From the NCBI RefSeq assembly GCF_000002075.1, contig NW_004797508.1, positions 25,681 through 89,680 on the forward strand: a DNA stretch of 64,000 nt. The letters run 5' to 3'. This document shows, piece by piece, positions 54,001 through 62,970 of this stretch. A program made the position numbers and the translations under genes. How positions within the stretch are numbered: position 1 is the stretch's first letter; every line of letters begins with the position of its first letter. The notes beneath the pieces are model-generated. The model saw only the letters and a list, made by a program, of their open reading frames with translations. It made no database searches and was not told where the DNA came from. The DNA comes from Aplysia californica (lineage: Eukaryota).

Positions 54001-57000
54001 TTTAACATAACTGACATCTAAGAAGATCTATACATTACATGACTCATCTTATAAATGTATAATTAATTATTTTCAACCAGTACATCCTCTTTGGCACTGG
54101 AATTCAGTTAAACAAAAAAATACCTAACTTTAGTCATGTCAATTGCATACTTCATCACTACTAAACAAACTCACAAGAGACAACAAAACTGAAAGACAGA
54201 AACAATAAAGTCGCAGTTTTATACCATCATCATCATTATTATTATTATTACGTGGGACGCTCAATGTTAAAAACAATCAGGAAACGACAAATGCAGTTTT
54301 AGCGACACCTGAATAGACATAAGGGTCTTGAACATCTAGCTCTCACTGGCAAAACTGAGGGCAAGCGAAGCAGGGGTAGGCCCAGAACAACATACTTAGG
54401 GAACCTAAACAAATGGGTAACAGGGAAGGATCAGGAAAACGTAGCTTTTTTTAGAACATCCGAGCAAAGGAATGAATGGAGAACCATGACCGCCGATGTC
54501 TGTCGCAGTTCTGGCACTGGATGATGATCATTATTATAATTATTATTGTAATTGCTATTATTATTGTAACTATAATTACTCTTTTATCTATACATCATAC
54601 ATTTTTACACCTGTTGTCATTCAAAAGAACTAAATGTCAAACTCCAAGAGCTTACTTCAGCTTTGAAAAGACAATGCCATCCACCTCCTCACCGTCATCT
54701 TCATCGTCTGATGCATCAGAGTCCCCACCACCTGAAACGGCAAACATACGATTCAAGAAACAATAAAAACACGATTATTGGAGTACCCTTTCAATACTTT
54801 CTTTTAAACAAACTACAAACTATATATTATGATAAGCACATGTAAATCTCTTTATACTCACATATCGACTACTCAGCATAAGGCTCCTTTTTTTTAGATA
54901 AGGACAATAGATGTGTGATAAGAAAGAAGGAGCAAACCATTCCAGAGCACCCGCTAACCACCCACATGTAAGACTCCATCAAACATCACTTTTCAAAACA
55001 GAGTAAGGCAGAGTCTTACACTAGGCAGTCAATATGTTTGAGTAATGGCAAGGGGTTTCACCTTGCACAAAAATAAAAAGGAGTGGAGTTGAGTTCTCTC
55101 AATTATCCCCGTCTTTCACCTAGTATGTATCCCACACAGCCCGGTTTAGCCTTGACACCCAGAATTGAAGCTTTCCATAACTTCTGTTTATGGTGGTGCA
55201 GCAGATATAGATCTTTATACCTTCTACTTTAGTATCATCTTTTGCTTTGTACTCGGTGCTCTTGATAGAAAGTTCCACTCCATAGCCAGACAGTCTCACT
55301 TTGTCAGGGCTTTGGTTCTGGGGAAGAGATGTACAAAAAAAATGTTAGTTTTGTCTAATTTTAGTAAAAGTTTTACCACACTTGCAACATTACTGGGTCT
55401 TATAAGTGATGAAGATTTGAGGTGTTATGAAAGAGTAAAGTACATAGAAAAGAAGGCGTAGAGATAAGGACAATAGATGTTTGATAGAAAGGAAAGAGCT
55501 TAATACACCACAGCACCCACCAACCAGAAAGACAGACTAGTAGTGACTCCATCCAACCATCCATGTCCTGCATGGGTTTCCCTGTTATTTCATCAATGGA
55601 GGCAAGATCAATTTCTCTTCAGGAATAAGATAATGAGACATACACATGAAAGACAGTAAACTGCGAGAACATAGGTTCAGCCTTTGATCTATTCTTTAGA
55701 ACAGCACAAACACACCTTGATGAAATGCCTCAACACATAGGTGATTTCCCCTCCAGATGCAAGCTTAGACAGGGCTGGGTGGAACTCTAGGAAACCTTTG
55801 GTGCCAATCTCTGCGTACAGGATGACCACTGCCTTCCTCTTGCCCGAGTTGGGGTAGATGTGGTCAAACTGATACAGTGGAGAAGGAGACCTAAGGGAAA
55901 ACATACAGAGTCATAGATTTTTCAAAGCAATTTACATTTTGTCTGCAAGCTGTTCACTTAGTATTAAGAACCAGAATGCAAAATTTTCAAGAGAAAGAAA
56001 AAAACCTGTTTCATTCTTATAAAAACTGTACCAACATTATGAAGTTTTCTTGCTTTTTTTCAACATTTTAAATTTGAATTTCAACTTAATATTTCTCGAG
56101 CACATGCAACAAATACCACAAATTTAAAAAACTGCAATTAAAAAATGAATTAAAAATTTTGTGCTAGTACCTTCAGGGATGTCAGTGAGAAAATGTGATA
56201 ACCCCTGAACTTTTCCCGTAAAACTAACAAAAATTCAAAATTGACCGGACATTCGGTTGAGTTGTGAGTAAGCATCAAAAACTACCTCACCTGATATTAT
56301 TAAAATGAGATACACACAGCAAGACACACATGTTTAAATATTATTTCACTTACCCCTAGTCATAAAAAATAGGATGACTGTTTGTTTGTTGTTAGTTTGT
56401 GTTTTAATCATCAGCGGCTTTACCCCCCGGACTATCGCGCCAACCGCAGATGCGAGCAGCGGGCTTTAGACAACTGCGCAAAGGCGCGGATCCCCAGAAT
56501 TCTGAAGCCCCTGACATTTGAATAACTTCTCTCTCTTGTCTCTTTATTTCTGAAAAAGCGTAGTTTGTCAACAATTCCCTCTACAGATGTATCCAGCTCA
56601 AGGGTTAGGAAGTTTAGTAGTTGAAGTCCTGGTGTTCCAGGTGGGTCGACATGTTCTGCAACTGTCGTCTTGGTTTGTCAGTTGGTAGACTGACATCCCT
56701 CGGCAACAGCAGGCGGGAGCACTATCTTGCAGGCTCGTTGTTCGCTCCAACGCCCACATCCAAAACCTTGAGCTAAAACTGTCAAGCAGACTTCGACCAT
56801 TGAAAACCCTTACAGGCACCACCTGGGGTGCCTCAAGGGAATGCATAAAGCCAATATATTATGCTACTTGTCGGTCAGCTATCAACTATTGTCCCCCTGC
56901 CTACATGCCTCTTGCCAAACCCTCCAACCTGCAGAAACTGGAAAGAAAGCAGAACGAAGCAGCAAGAATCATCACGGGCTGCTCAAAGGATACTCGTGTG

Positions 57001-60000
57001 GACAGCCCCCTCATCGAAGCAGACATTTTACCACTAAGGCATAAAGCTGATGCCTTGACTGCCATCTCACTCGAGAAGTCCATGCGTCTGCCGGTAACGA
57101 ATCAACGCAGAGCCTCCGCAACAAAATCAGTTCCCACGCGGACAGGCAAGTCGAACTGGAAAAAGCATGCTCAGAACCTCGTAGCCGAAACTGAACTGGA
57201 TACGTACCCACGTGAGGAGCTGGTTGTTTTACCCCCCACACAACCGTGGAAGGCTGCATCATGCATCCTGACTTTTAGCACTGATCTTGTCGTCGACTGC
57301 AAGCGTGCTGATGAACCAGCCGTCAGGAAAGCAGCAGTAGAGGCTACCATTCAATCGCTCCCCCTGCTCAATGTAGAAATCTGGACTGAAGGCTCAGCTA
57401 AGCACGGTACCGAGTATGGAGGCAGTGGAATACTGATCAAGACCGGTGATACCGAACTCGACCATCGTGTACCCGCGGGCAGGTATTGTTCCAGCAACAG
57501 GGCCGAGCTTGTCGCTCTCGACACAGCGCTGACCGTTTATGACGCCACAGCGCCAGAAGAAGGAGAGAGAGAGAGAGAAGTTCAGTAGTCTGGAAGTAAG
57601 GTGAATGTCTCTCATGCTAAAGTATCCAACTTAATTCCCCATTTCCTGCAGACAGTGTCAGTGGGTGGCTTTGGAGATTCTTTCTCGATACTCGATATTT
57701 CCACATCGTATTATCCCAAAACAGATGAGATGGAATGCTTAGCCTTTTTCAAAAACAATGAAGTACTCTGTGTGTACATTATGTTGTCAATGGTCTATTC
57801 TAGTGAATGAGCTGCCAGACTCACAACTACAACCGTGCAGATTCGAATCTCTTGGGAAACACACTTCATGCAACTTCTCCTCACTTCACTCTTGTTAAAA
57901 TGAGTTAATTACACAATTATGTGTCAAGTCAGCTCTGCTCCCAATCAAGCATGAGCTATTGGGTAGGTCAAATTTCCAAAAATTTATAAACTGAGTACTC
58001 TTTGAAACAATCGTAAGTGCATACAATCTGTCTCGAAACTAACCTTAGTAAGATCGAGAAGCATGTAAAACAAAACCCCCACTTTTGAACACCATTCACC
58101 CTTGTGGCTTACCTTGTAATAGCCGTTGTTAGAAGTTCCGACATTTCATTAGTGTCACAGGTATATTTTCCATTGACATCTATAAAGGATGAACAGTCTT
58201 TTTTTATTTCTATCTGTTCAACAATCTGAAAGCAACGAAAATCAAAGCTTGACAGATTTCTTGAGTAGAGATGTACACAAAAAAACGAAGGAAAATGTTT
58301 GGGTGACAAGGAACAGCATTTTATGAAACAGCATAATACATCAAATGATGTGATATTATTGATTTAGCATATTGTGTGAAGGGCCATGGGAAGTGTCATC
58401 AACAAGGTAGGGGGAACAGACGAAGACATCAAGGTCTGAATCCAAAATGCAAGAGCAGCATTCATCATCCTCAGGAATATATGGACGTCTAAGGAACTTG
58501 GATTGAACATCAAGCTGAGGATCTTCAAAACAAATGTGAAGACTGTGCTACTGTATGGTTCAGAGACATGGAGGCTCACAGCATCAGCAGCAAGGAAACT
58601 GCAGAGAAGGATAGTGGGGATCAAGTGGTTCAATTGAGTCACAAATGCTGAACTGTGGGAAACAACAAGCCAAAGGCCCGTAAAGGAAGACATACAGGTG
58701 AAAAAATGGAAATGGATAAGGCACACCCTGAGGTGACCCCCGACAAGCATCATCAGACAGGCTTTGACGTGGAATCCATAAGGAAAACATAAGAAAGGAA
58801 GACCAAAGATGACATGCAGGCGAGCGGTACAAGTGGAAATGGAAAAGGCGGGGACATCATGGAAACAGCTAGAAAAGGATGCACAGGACAGAAATGTTGT
58901 TGATGGCTTATGCTCCACTGGGAGTTAAAAAGGGAAAGAGAGAGAGAGAGTGAAGGGCCATAACTTGTTACGGCAGACATCCCTCATCTCTAGACAACAG
59001 ACTCATTTATTGCCTCAAAAAGTTAAACAACCTTTAGATTAAAATACGTAAGCATAACCTTAAAATATATACATAATAGATATGTATAAGTTTCCGATAC
59101 ATATAATCTGAGAACTCTTTGTGTCAGATGAGTCTCCTTCCACAGGCGTCTGTGGAGTAATGGGTGGTTTCTTCAGGTTAAGTGCAAAGGACACAATTAC
59201 AATTCGCAGATCTAGTAGATATTCAACTGAATGCCTCCATGCGTTGGTGGCCTAGTGGTTAGGCTCTCGGACTCGCAACCGTAAGGTCGTGGGTTCGAAT
59301 CCCGTCAGGGACCCGACGTTGTGTCCTTGGGAAAGGCACTTTACACGAATTTTCCTCACTTCACCCAGGTGGGAATGGGTACCCGGCTATAGACAGCGAA
59401 AGATCTTGTCAGTATGTTAGTGTTTGAGCGCTTAATCAGCTGCTTGCACTGTATGCTTCCCGGGAAGCTGAGAATGTTTCGGAGTGTTCTATGGTCTGCT
59501 GGGGTAATAATATAGTGTAAAGCGCATAGAGCCTGCTGTTGAGCGGGGATTTGCGCTATACAAATGCTATCTATTATTATTATTATTATCAATAGTTTTA
59601 TCAATAGTTTACTGAAAAGTAAGCACATAGCCCAGTACAGCTCTTGTAGGCAGGGCTGAAGCAGTCCGCCCTCTAATCAACCTTAAATCATGCACTAGTC
59701 AGCTACACTTAGATTGATTGTTTACCTGCTGGTACATGTTAACAGCTGGAGAGTACGCTCTCAGTGCCAGAGAGAACTTCAGGAAACTCAACTGCAAGGG
59801 AGACAAGAGCTCAGATGCAAACTTCTGCACCAGCTTGTACTTGATGTCATCAGCAGCTGGTGATTAGGACAGAGGAGAGAAACCCAATTCTAAATAAATA
59901 TAGAATTTGCAAAATATTCATTATTTTGTTGTAACCAGGTCTTCTAGTCTCACTTATACTTTGCTTCCAGCAAAAGAAAAGTAGAATTCCCGACAAGGCA

Positions 60001-61277
60001 ACATAGTATTTCCTTCATTTAACTTCACAAACATTTTACACATTAAAAAATTATTTTTTTTATCATGAGGTTTAGATAAAACCCTCAAGTTCTTTTCAAC
60101 TTCTACTGTGTCACTTGCTAGTTTTTGCCAGTGAACAAACATATTTTGTTTTTTACAGCATGTGCTCCTTTCAACATCTTTTTCAAATGATATCCAGTCC
60201 AGTCCCAAAAAAAATATCTGTGATTAAAAAAAAAAAAATCACACTTAGATCATGAACCAAATTTTGTTTTATAGACTTCCATGCAAAAACTTCAGCAACA
60301 CCCCATAACACCAATATTTGTGCAATGCATATACCATACAAAATTAATGCGGTATGGTAAGAGGACATCCTTCCCATTGATTTGTCGAGTTATATCAAGA
60401 TGTGCATAGCTTTAATCTTAGTGATAATGGGGAGACACCTTGAGCAAAGTAAGATAACCATAGTTCAAAAAAGGAAACTTAACTGTTACAACCAACAATA
60501 GTAAGGGTATATTTGAAAATGCTTAATGTCAGCAGTCTGCTGGACATGCGACTGCAAGTAAATGTTTTTGCATCCCAGTCTCGATCCAACATTGTTTCAC
60601 TAGGAACGGCAATTAAAAACAATCTTTTCTCCCATATAATCCCGGTGAGATTGGGCAGATCTAGCTTCACAATAACTTCCTAAGATATGAGTTTATCTCA
60701 CCTGTCTGGATAGAATCTGGATCCTGGTCAGCAATTCGTCCGACAAAAGTCCAAAAGCTCTCTGCAGACTCCTTGGCCAAAAACTCACTGAGTGAATACA
60801 CAAATTTTAAAATATATGTACAAAGAAACAAAAGCAGATGGTACCATGAGAATAGCCGTAGCAAATACAAAGGTAAAATCCTTTCCAAGTAAAATGAAAT
60901 GAAGGAATAAGACAAAAGCATGGGAATTGAGAAGTCTCAAAAAGAAGTAGTGTTTAATAATATACATTGATACATCAATGCTTGCACTTGTTTTAAAAAG
61001 GCAGTTTAGTATTATGCAATGAAATTCTTCAACAAATTGAATTACTATACTTTCACACCGTTTGCCCAACAAAAGAAACAATTACACCAAAAGCATATAA
61101 AATTCATAGTTTTGTTGAAAAAAATGTTTTGCAGCACCATACATACCTTGCTTCAAGCAAAAGAGGAGTAGAATTCCATTTTCCTGACAAGGCTATGTTG
61201 ACAGGCTTTTGTTTAGCATCAACATAACACTTGATCATCAAAAGAATGGCAATGCCTTGTAGAAACAGCCGTGCCAT
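20521..61277 (-). CDS. UGGT: UDP-glucose:glycoprotein glucosyltransferase (UGGT), complete, 41 coding exons, ~1524 aa
   Basis: Exons traced with GT-AG boundaries and consistent phases, in transcript order: 61147-61277, 60702-60787, 59726-59856, 58113-58225, 55716-55890, 55221-55317, 54656-54731, 53808-53908, 52974-53073, 52752-52812, 52236-52388, 51498-51590, 50395-50514, 49453-49538, 49100-49238, 47796-47924, 46153-46314, 45447-45570, 44913-45011, 44401-44495, 43413-43619, 42718-42849, 42194-42324, 40167-40262, 35867-35969, 35216-35295, 34131-34320, 33586-33637, 31701-31807, 31143-31228, 29978-30062, 29091-29176, 28746-28841, 27964-28048, 26933-27042, 25767-25839, 25351-25454, 23992-24190, 22994-23083, 21816-21981, 20521-20546. 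The sum is 4575 nt, a multiple of 3. It begins with a signal-peptide-like [25 protein letters not shown] motifs include [93 protein letters not shown] (GT24 DxD), DQDLPNNM and [15 protein letters not shown]. The C-terminus is DTKRKEEL*. Confidence 0.96.
20786..20970 (-). mobile_element. ~180-bp non-autonomous retroelement copy
   Basis: Full head and tail; TSD AGAGAACATCA. Confidence 0.88.
21001..21476. mobile_element. piggyBac-like MITE
   Basis: TTAA-GTCACTTGAGCCT ... AGGCTCAAGTGAG-TTAA, with a subterminal direct repeat CCCGTAAATACACGG present twice. Confidence 0.75.
22104..22505 (-). mobile_element. SINE family A, decayed copy
   Basis: Reverse-complement homology to 59240-59589, including the (AAT)n tail. 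Confidence 0.75.
25952..26132 (-). mobile_element. ~180-bp non-autonomous retroelement copy
   Basis: Full head and tail; TSD TAAAACAATC. Confidence 0.88.
27125..27375. repeat. Degenerate minisatellite
   Basis: The motif TTGTGCATTATGTGATGTTGAT...ATTAT recurs 4 times. Confidence 0.6.
31539..31601 (+). mobile_element. 5'-truncated I/Nimb LINE tail inserted in a ~180-bp element (host at 31485-31660)
   Basis: GCGCGCTCATATGACCTTATGCAGTTGCGAGCGCCGTAAAACCCTA(TAC)n, flanked by the TSD AAAGTGCCAAA. Confidence 0.85.
32800..33110 (+). mobile_element. RTE LINE 3' fragment
   Basis: GQIVRM...HSELS...[12 protein letters not shown]...NINP...ESLAPDRPS, homologous to 15440-15715. Confidence 0.6.
37105..37312 (-). 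mobile_element. ~180-bp retroelement copy with expanded (AAAC)n
   Basis: Colinear with 40928-41108. Confidence 0.72.
37760..38865. repeat. ~135-185-bp tandem array (about 7 units)
   Basis: GTAAGTTTGAATACTGTTAAAACTCGCTC ... CCAGAAAGAGTCTCATTCTTAG ... AGAAACACTT recurs at ~37797, 37933, 38100, 38285, 38447, 38633 and 38797. Confidence 0.85.
39346..39632 (-). mobile_element. tRNA-headed SINE (family C)
   Basis: The minus strand begins GGGCTCTCGTGGCCTACAGGTTAAGGTGTTGGCCTCTCATTCAAAGGTCCCGGGTTCGAATCCTGG, followed by a pyrimidine-rich body. It abuts a partial ~180-bp element at 39636-39766. Confidence 0.7.
40928..41108 (-). mobile_element. ~180-bp non-autonomous retroelement with I/Nimb LINE tail (best-preserved copy)
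   Basis: Head GTGGGTGGTTGGCGGGTGCTCTGGTGTGG and tail GGCGCTCATATGACCTTATGCAGTTGCAAGCGCCGTAAAACC+(CTAAA)n. An 11-bp TSD ATCTGGGGTTT lies at 40917-40927 and 41109-41119. Confidence 0.9.
41774..42022. mobile_element. MITE (unclassified), well-preserved copy
   Basis: Perfect inverted ends ATATGGTCGCTTTTAAG / CTTAAAAGCGACCATAT. A second, inverted copy lies at 16468-16719. Confidence 0.85.
43738..43879 (-). mobile_element. ~180-bp retroelement copy with internal deletions
   Basis: Same head and body; TSD GCAACAACATCT. Confidence 0.78.
46888..47696. mobile_element. pogo/Tigger-like MITE
   Basis: TA-CAGTCAAACCTG ... CAGGTTCGACTG-TA, with repeated internal AGGTGGCCGT motifs. Confidence 0.82.
48287..48461 (-). 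mobile_element. ~180-bp retroelement copy
   Basis: Same head, body and tail; TSD approximately GAGAGCCWTG. Confidence 0.78.
49742..49910 (-). mobile_element. ~180-bp retroelement copy
   Basis: Colinear with 40928-41108. Confidence 0.78.
50135..50262. repeat. ~39-bp minisatellite (about 3 copies) next to an (AC)n tract
   Basis: AATACACAGACTATCACTAAATCATAGACTGATTGCA is repeated. Confidence 0.8.
54255..54535 (+). mobile_element. RTE-clade LINE 3' end
   Basis: [28 protein letters not shown]...[11 protein letters not shown], followed by a (TGA)n/(ATT)n tail. Confidence 0.75.
55345..55526 (-). mobile_element. ~180-bp retroelement copy
   Basis: Colinear with 40928-41108. A further head-only piece lies at ~54897-54965. 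Confidence 0.75.
56587..57588 (+). mobile_element. Ingi/I-group LINE fragment (post-RT thumb region plus N-terminal half of RNase H)
   Basis: AHIQNL...[51 protein letters not shown] and [11 protein letters not shown] are present. The fragment ends in a GA microsatellite. Confidence 0.8.
58385..58952 (+). mobile_element. RTE-clade LINE 3' fragment, degenerate
   Basis: [24 protein letters not shown]...[36 protein letters not shown] and GRPK motifs, followed by an AG-rich tail. Confidence 0.85.
59240..59589 (+). mobile_element. tRNA-headed SINE with CORE-like centre and L2-like tail (family A)
   Basis: A box TGGCCTAGTGG, B box GGTTCGAATCC, centre GTGTCCTTGGGAAAGGCACTTTAC...AATGGGTACC, tail TGTAAAGCGC...GCGCTATACAAATGC+(ATT)n. 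Decayed reverse copies lie at ~22104-22505, 29343-29490, 31975-32110 and 51900-51995. Confidence 0.85.
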
Positions 61278-61554
61278 CCTCTGAAAAAGTACATTTATTC
61301 TAATTAAACCACAAGCAACAGAAACTGTACTGTAGTATAGGGTTTTACGGCGCTCGCAACTGCTAAGGTCATATGAGCGCGCGAAACACAAGTTGTTTAC
61401 TTTCGCAAAAGTTCACCGCACGATTGGTTAACTAATTGACTTTAAAATGCTAAAATGTTAAAATATTAAAATTCAGTGTAAATATATTGGTGATTTAAAA
61501 CAACTCTTATAGGTAACAATAAAAATTTGAAATAGTACGTTTTCATTTTTCATT

Positions 61555-62970
61555 TTACAACTTGCCATAAAGGCCAATGGCCTTTATAAAATTCAAAATT
61601 CTGCTGGGAAAAACGACGCAAAAAATATCTTGCAATTTCTTGCATTTATAATATTTCCTTCGGATCTCTCCAAAGTTTAGACATTCGGTTAAGATGTGTC
61701 TAATGGTAAAATCTGTGTCGCATCCGACACAGAACGGCTTCTCATCTCCCTGTAGGAGGTATTTGTGGGTCAGGGCCGTGTGTCCGATGCGCAATCGAGT
61801 TAAAATGACTTCGTCTCTTCTGGAGAGGTCCAAAGGATTTCGCTGTTCTAGTTTGGGTTTTATTTCATATAGTTTATTATTTTTCTGGTTTTCCCAGTGG
61901 CTCTCCCACAGACTGGAGGTGTACTTTTTGACTTTATTTCTAAAGTCAGTCTGTGGGAGAGTGTTTGTCGTTGATCCCAGCAGAAGGGAAGAAGCTTCCT
62001 TTGCCAGGTCCTCTACCTGCTCGTTTCCTCGGATGCCCACATGGCTGGGTATCCATGCGAACATGATGTTTTTTCCTGTTTCGGATAGTGTATGAATTTT
62101 CTGTTGTAGCCTAACTATTTTTGGATGTAAGAGTGTGTAGTTTGTGAGTGAGGTGATGCAAGACAGAGAGTCAGAAAGGATAAGGAAAGATTTGTTAGGA
62201 GAATTTTCTACAGAGTCCAGTGCCATGTCAATGGCAGTGGCCTCCGCAGTGAAAATGGAGGCTTCAGGATGGAGTCTCCTCTGGTGTGTATTGTTGGGAG
62301 ATAAGGCGGCGACGCCCACTTCATTGTCTTTTTTGGAGCCATCCGTGAAGATAAGCTCCGCACCGGGGTATTTATCTATTAGTTTTTTGTATTCTGCTTT
62401 AAAAGTTTTGGTGTTTGTGCTTTCTTTGTTGTGCGTGGTCAGCTGTAAGTCTACTTTTGCCTTGGTGAGGTGCCATGAAGGGAGGTCGGGGAAAAGAATT
62501 TGAAATAAAAAGTTTTCTATTATTTTTCCTTTCTGGTCTATAGGTTTGTCTCCCCAAAGGGGACTGTGGGCATTGAAATCACCTAGCAAAATAAAGGTTT
62601 TTGGAAGCTGAGCCTTTAAGTCATTTAGTTGGGTTATTTTGAGGGGGTAATTTGGTGGGATATAAACTGAGCAGATCGTGATTGGTCTGTGCAGGGTGAC
62701 CCGTACGGCAATAGCCTGGAGGGTCGTCTTAAGATGTACTTGTCTGTGGAGTGTGTGGTTGTCGGTGTAGATGGTGGTACCACCGGAAGCAATCTGGTTC
62801 TCCGTGTGAATGTGATGGTACGCAGTAAATCCTTTTAAGTCTATGGTTGAAGCCGGGGCGAATTTTGTTTCTTGAATACAGGCCACCCGTGGGCACAGTG
62901 TGGCCTGTAAATGTTGCAATTCTGCAATGGAAGGTCGGATTCCGCCGGCATTCCATTGCAGGACCGCCAT
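61555..62970 (-). CDS. LINE ORF2 derivative: truncated AP endonuclease fused in frame to RNase H and a Zn finger, no reverse transcriptase (471 aa)
   Basis: VLQWNAGG, CIQET and LGDFNAHSPLWG mark the endonuclease. FTDGSK, AEATAI, ILSDSLS and WIPSHVGIRGNE mark RNase H. LTRLRIGH...CVGC...HILTEC marks the C-terminal finger. There is no YADD or QG motif. Confidence 0.85.
   Translation of the reverse strand: MAVLQWNAGGIRPSIAELQHLQATLCPRVACIQETKFAPASTIDLKGFTAYHHIHTENQIASGGTTIYTDNHTLHRQVHLKTTLQAIAVRVTLHRPITICSVYIPPNYPLKITQLNDLKAQLPKTFILLGDFNAHSPLWGDKPIDQKGKIIENFLFQILFPDLPSWHLTKAKVDLQLTTHNKESTNTKTFKAEYKKLIDKYPGAELIFTDGSKKDNEVGVAALSPNNTHQRRLHPEASIFTAEATAIDMALDSVENSPNKSFLILSDSLSCITSLTNYTLLHPKIVRLQQKIHTLSETGKNIMFAWIPSHVGIRGNEQVEDLAKEASSLLLGSTTNTLPQTDFRNKVKKYTSSLWESHWENQKNNKLYEIKPKLEQRNPLDLSRRDEVILTRLRIGHTALTHKYLLQGDEKPFCVGCDTDFTIRHILTECLNFGEIRRKYYKCKKLQDIFCVVFPSRILNFIKAIGLYGKL

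Noticed and set aside
58364-58918. 184-aa minus-strand ORF
   Set aside because: It is the antisense shadow of the RTE fragment on the plus strand.
59240-59315. tRNA-like sequence with A and B boxes
   Set aside because: It lacks a proper acceptor stem and runs into a SINE body and tail repeated elsewhere. The same applies to 39560-39632 and 1545-1610.
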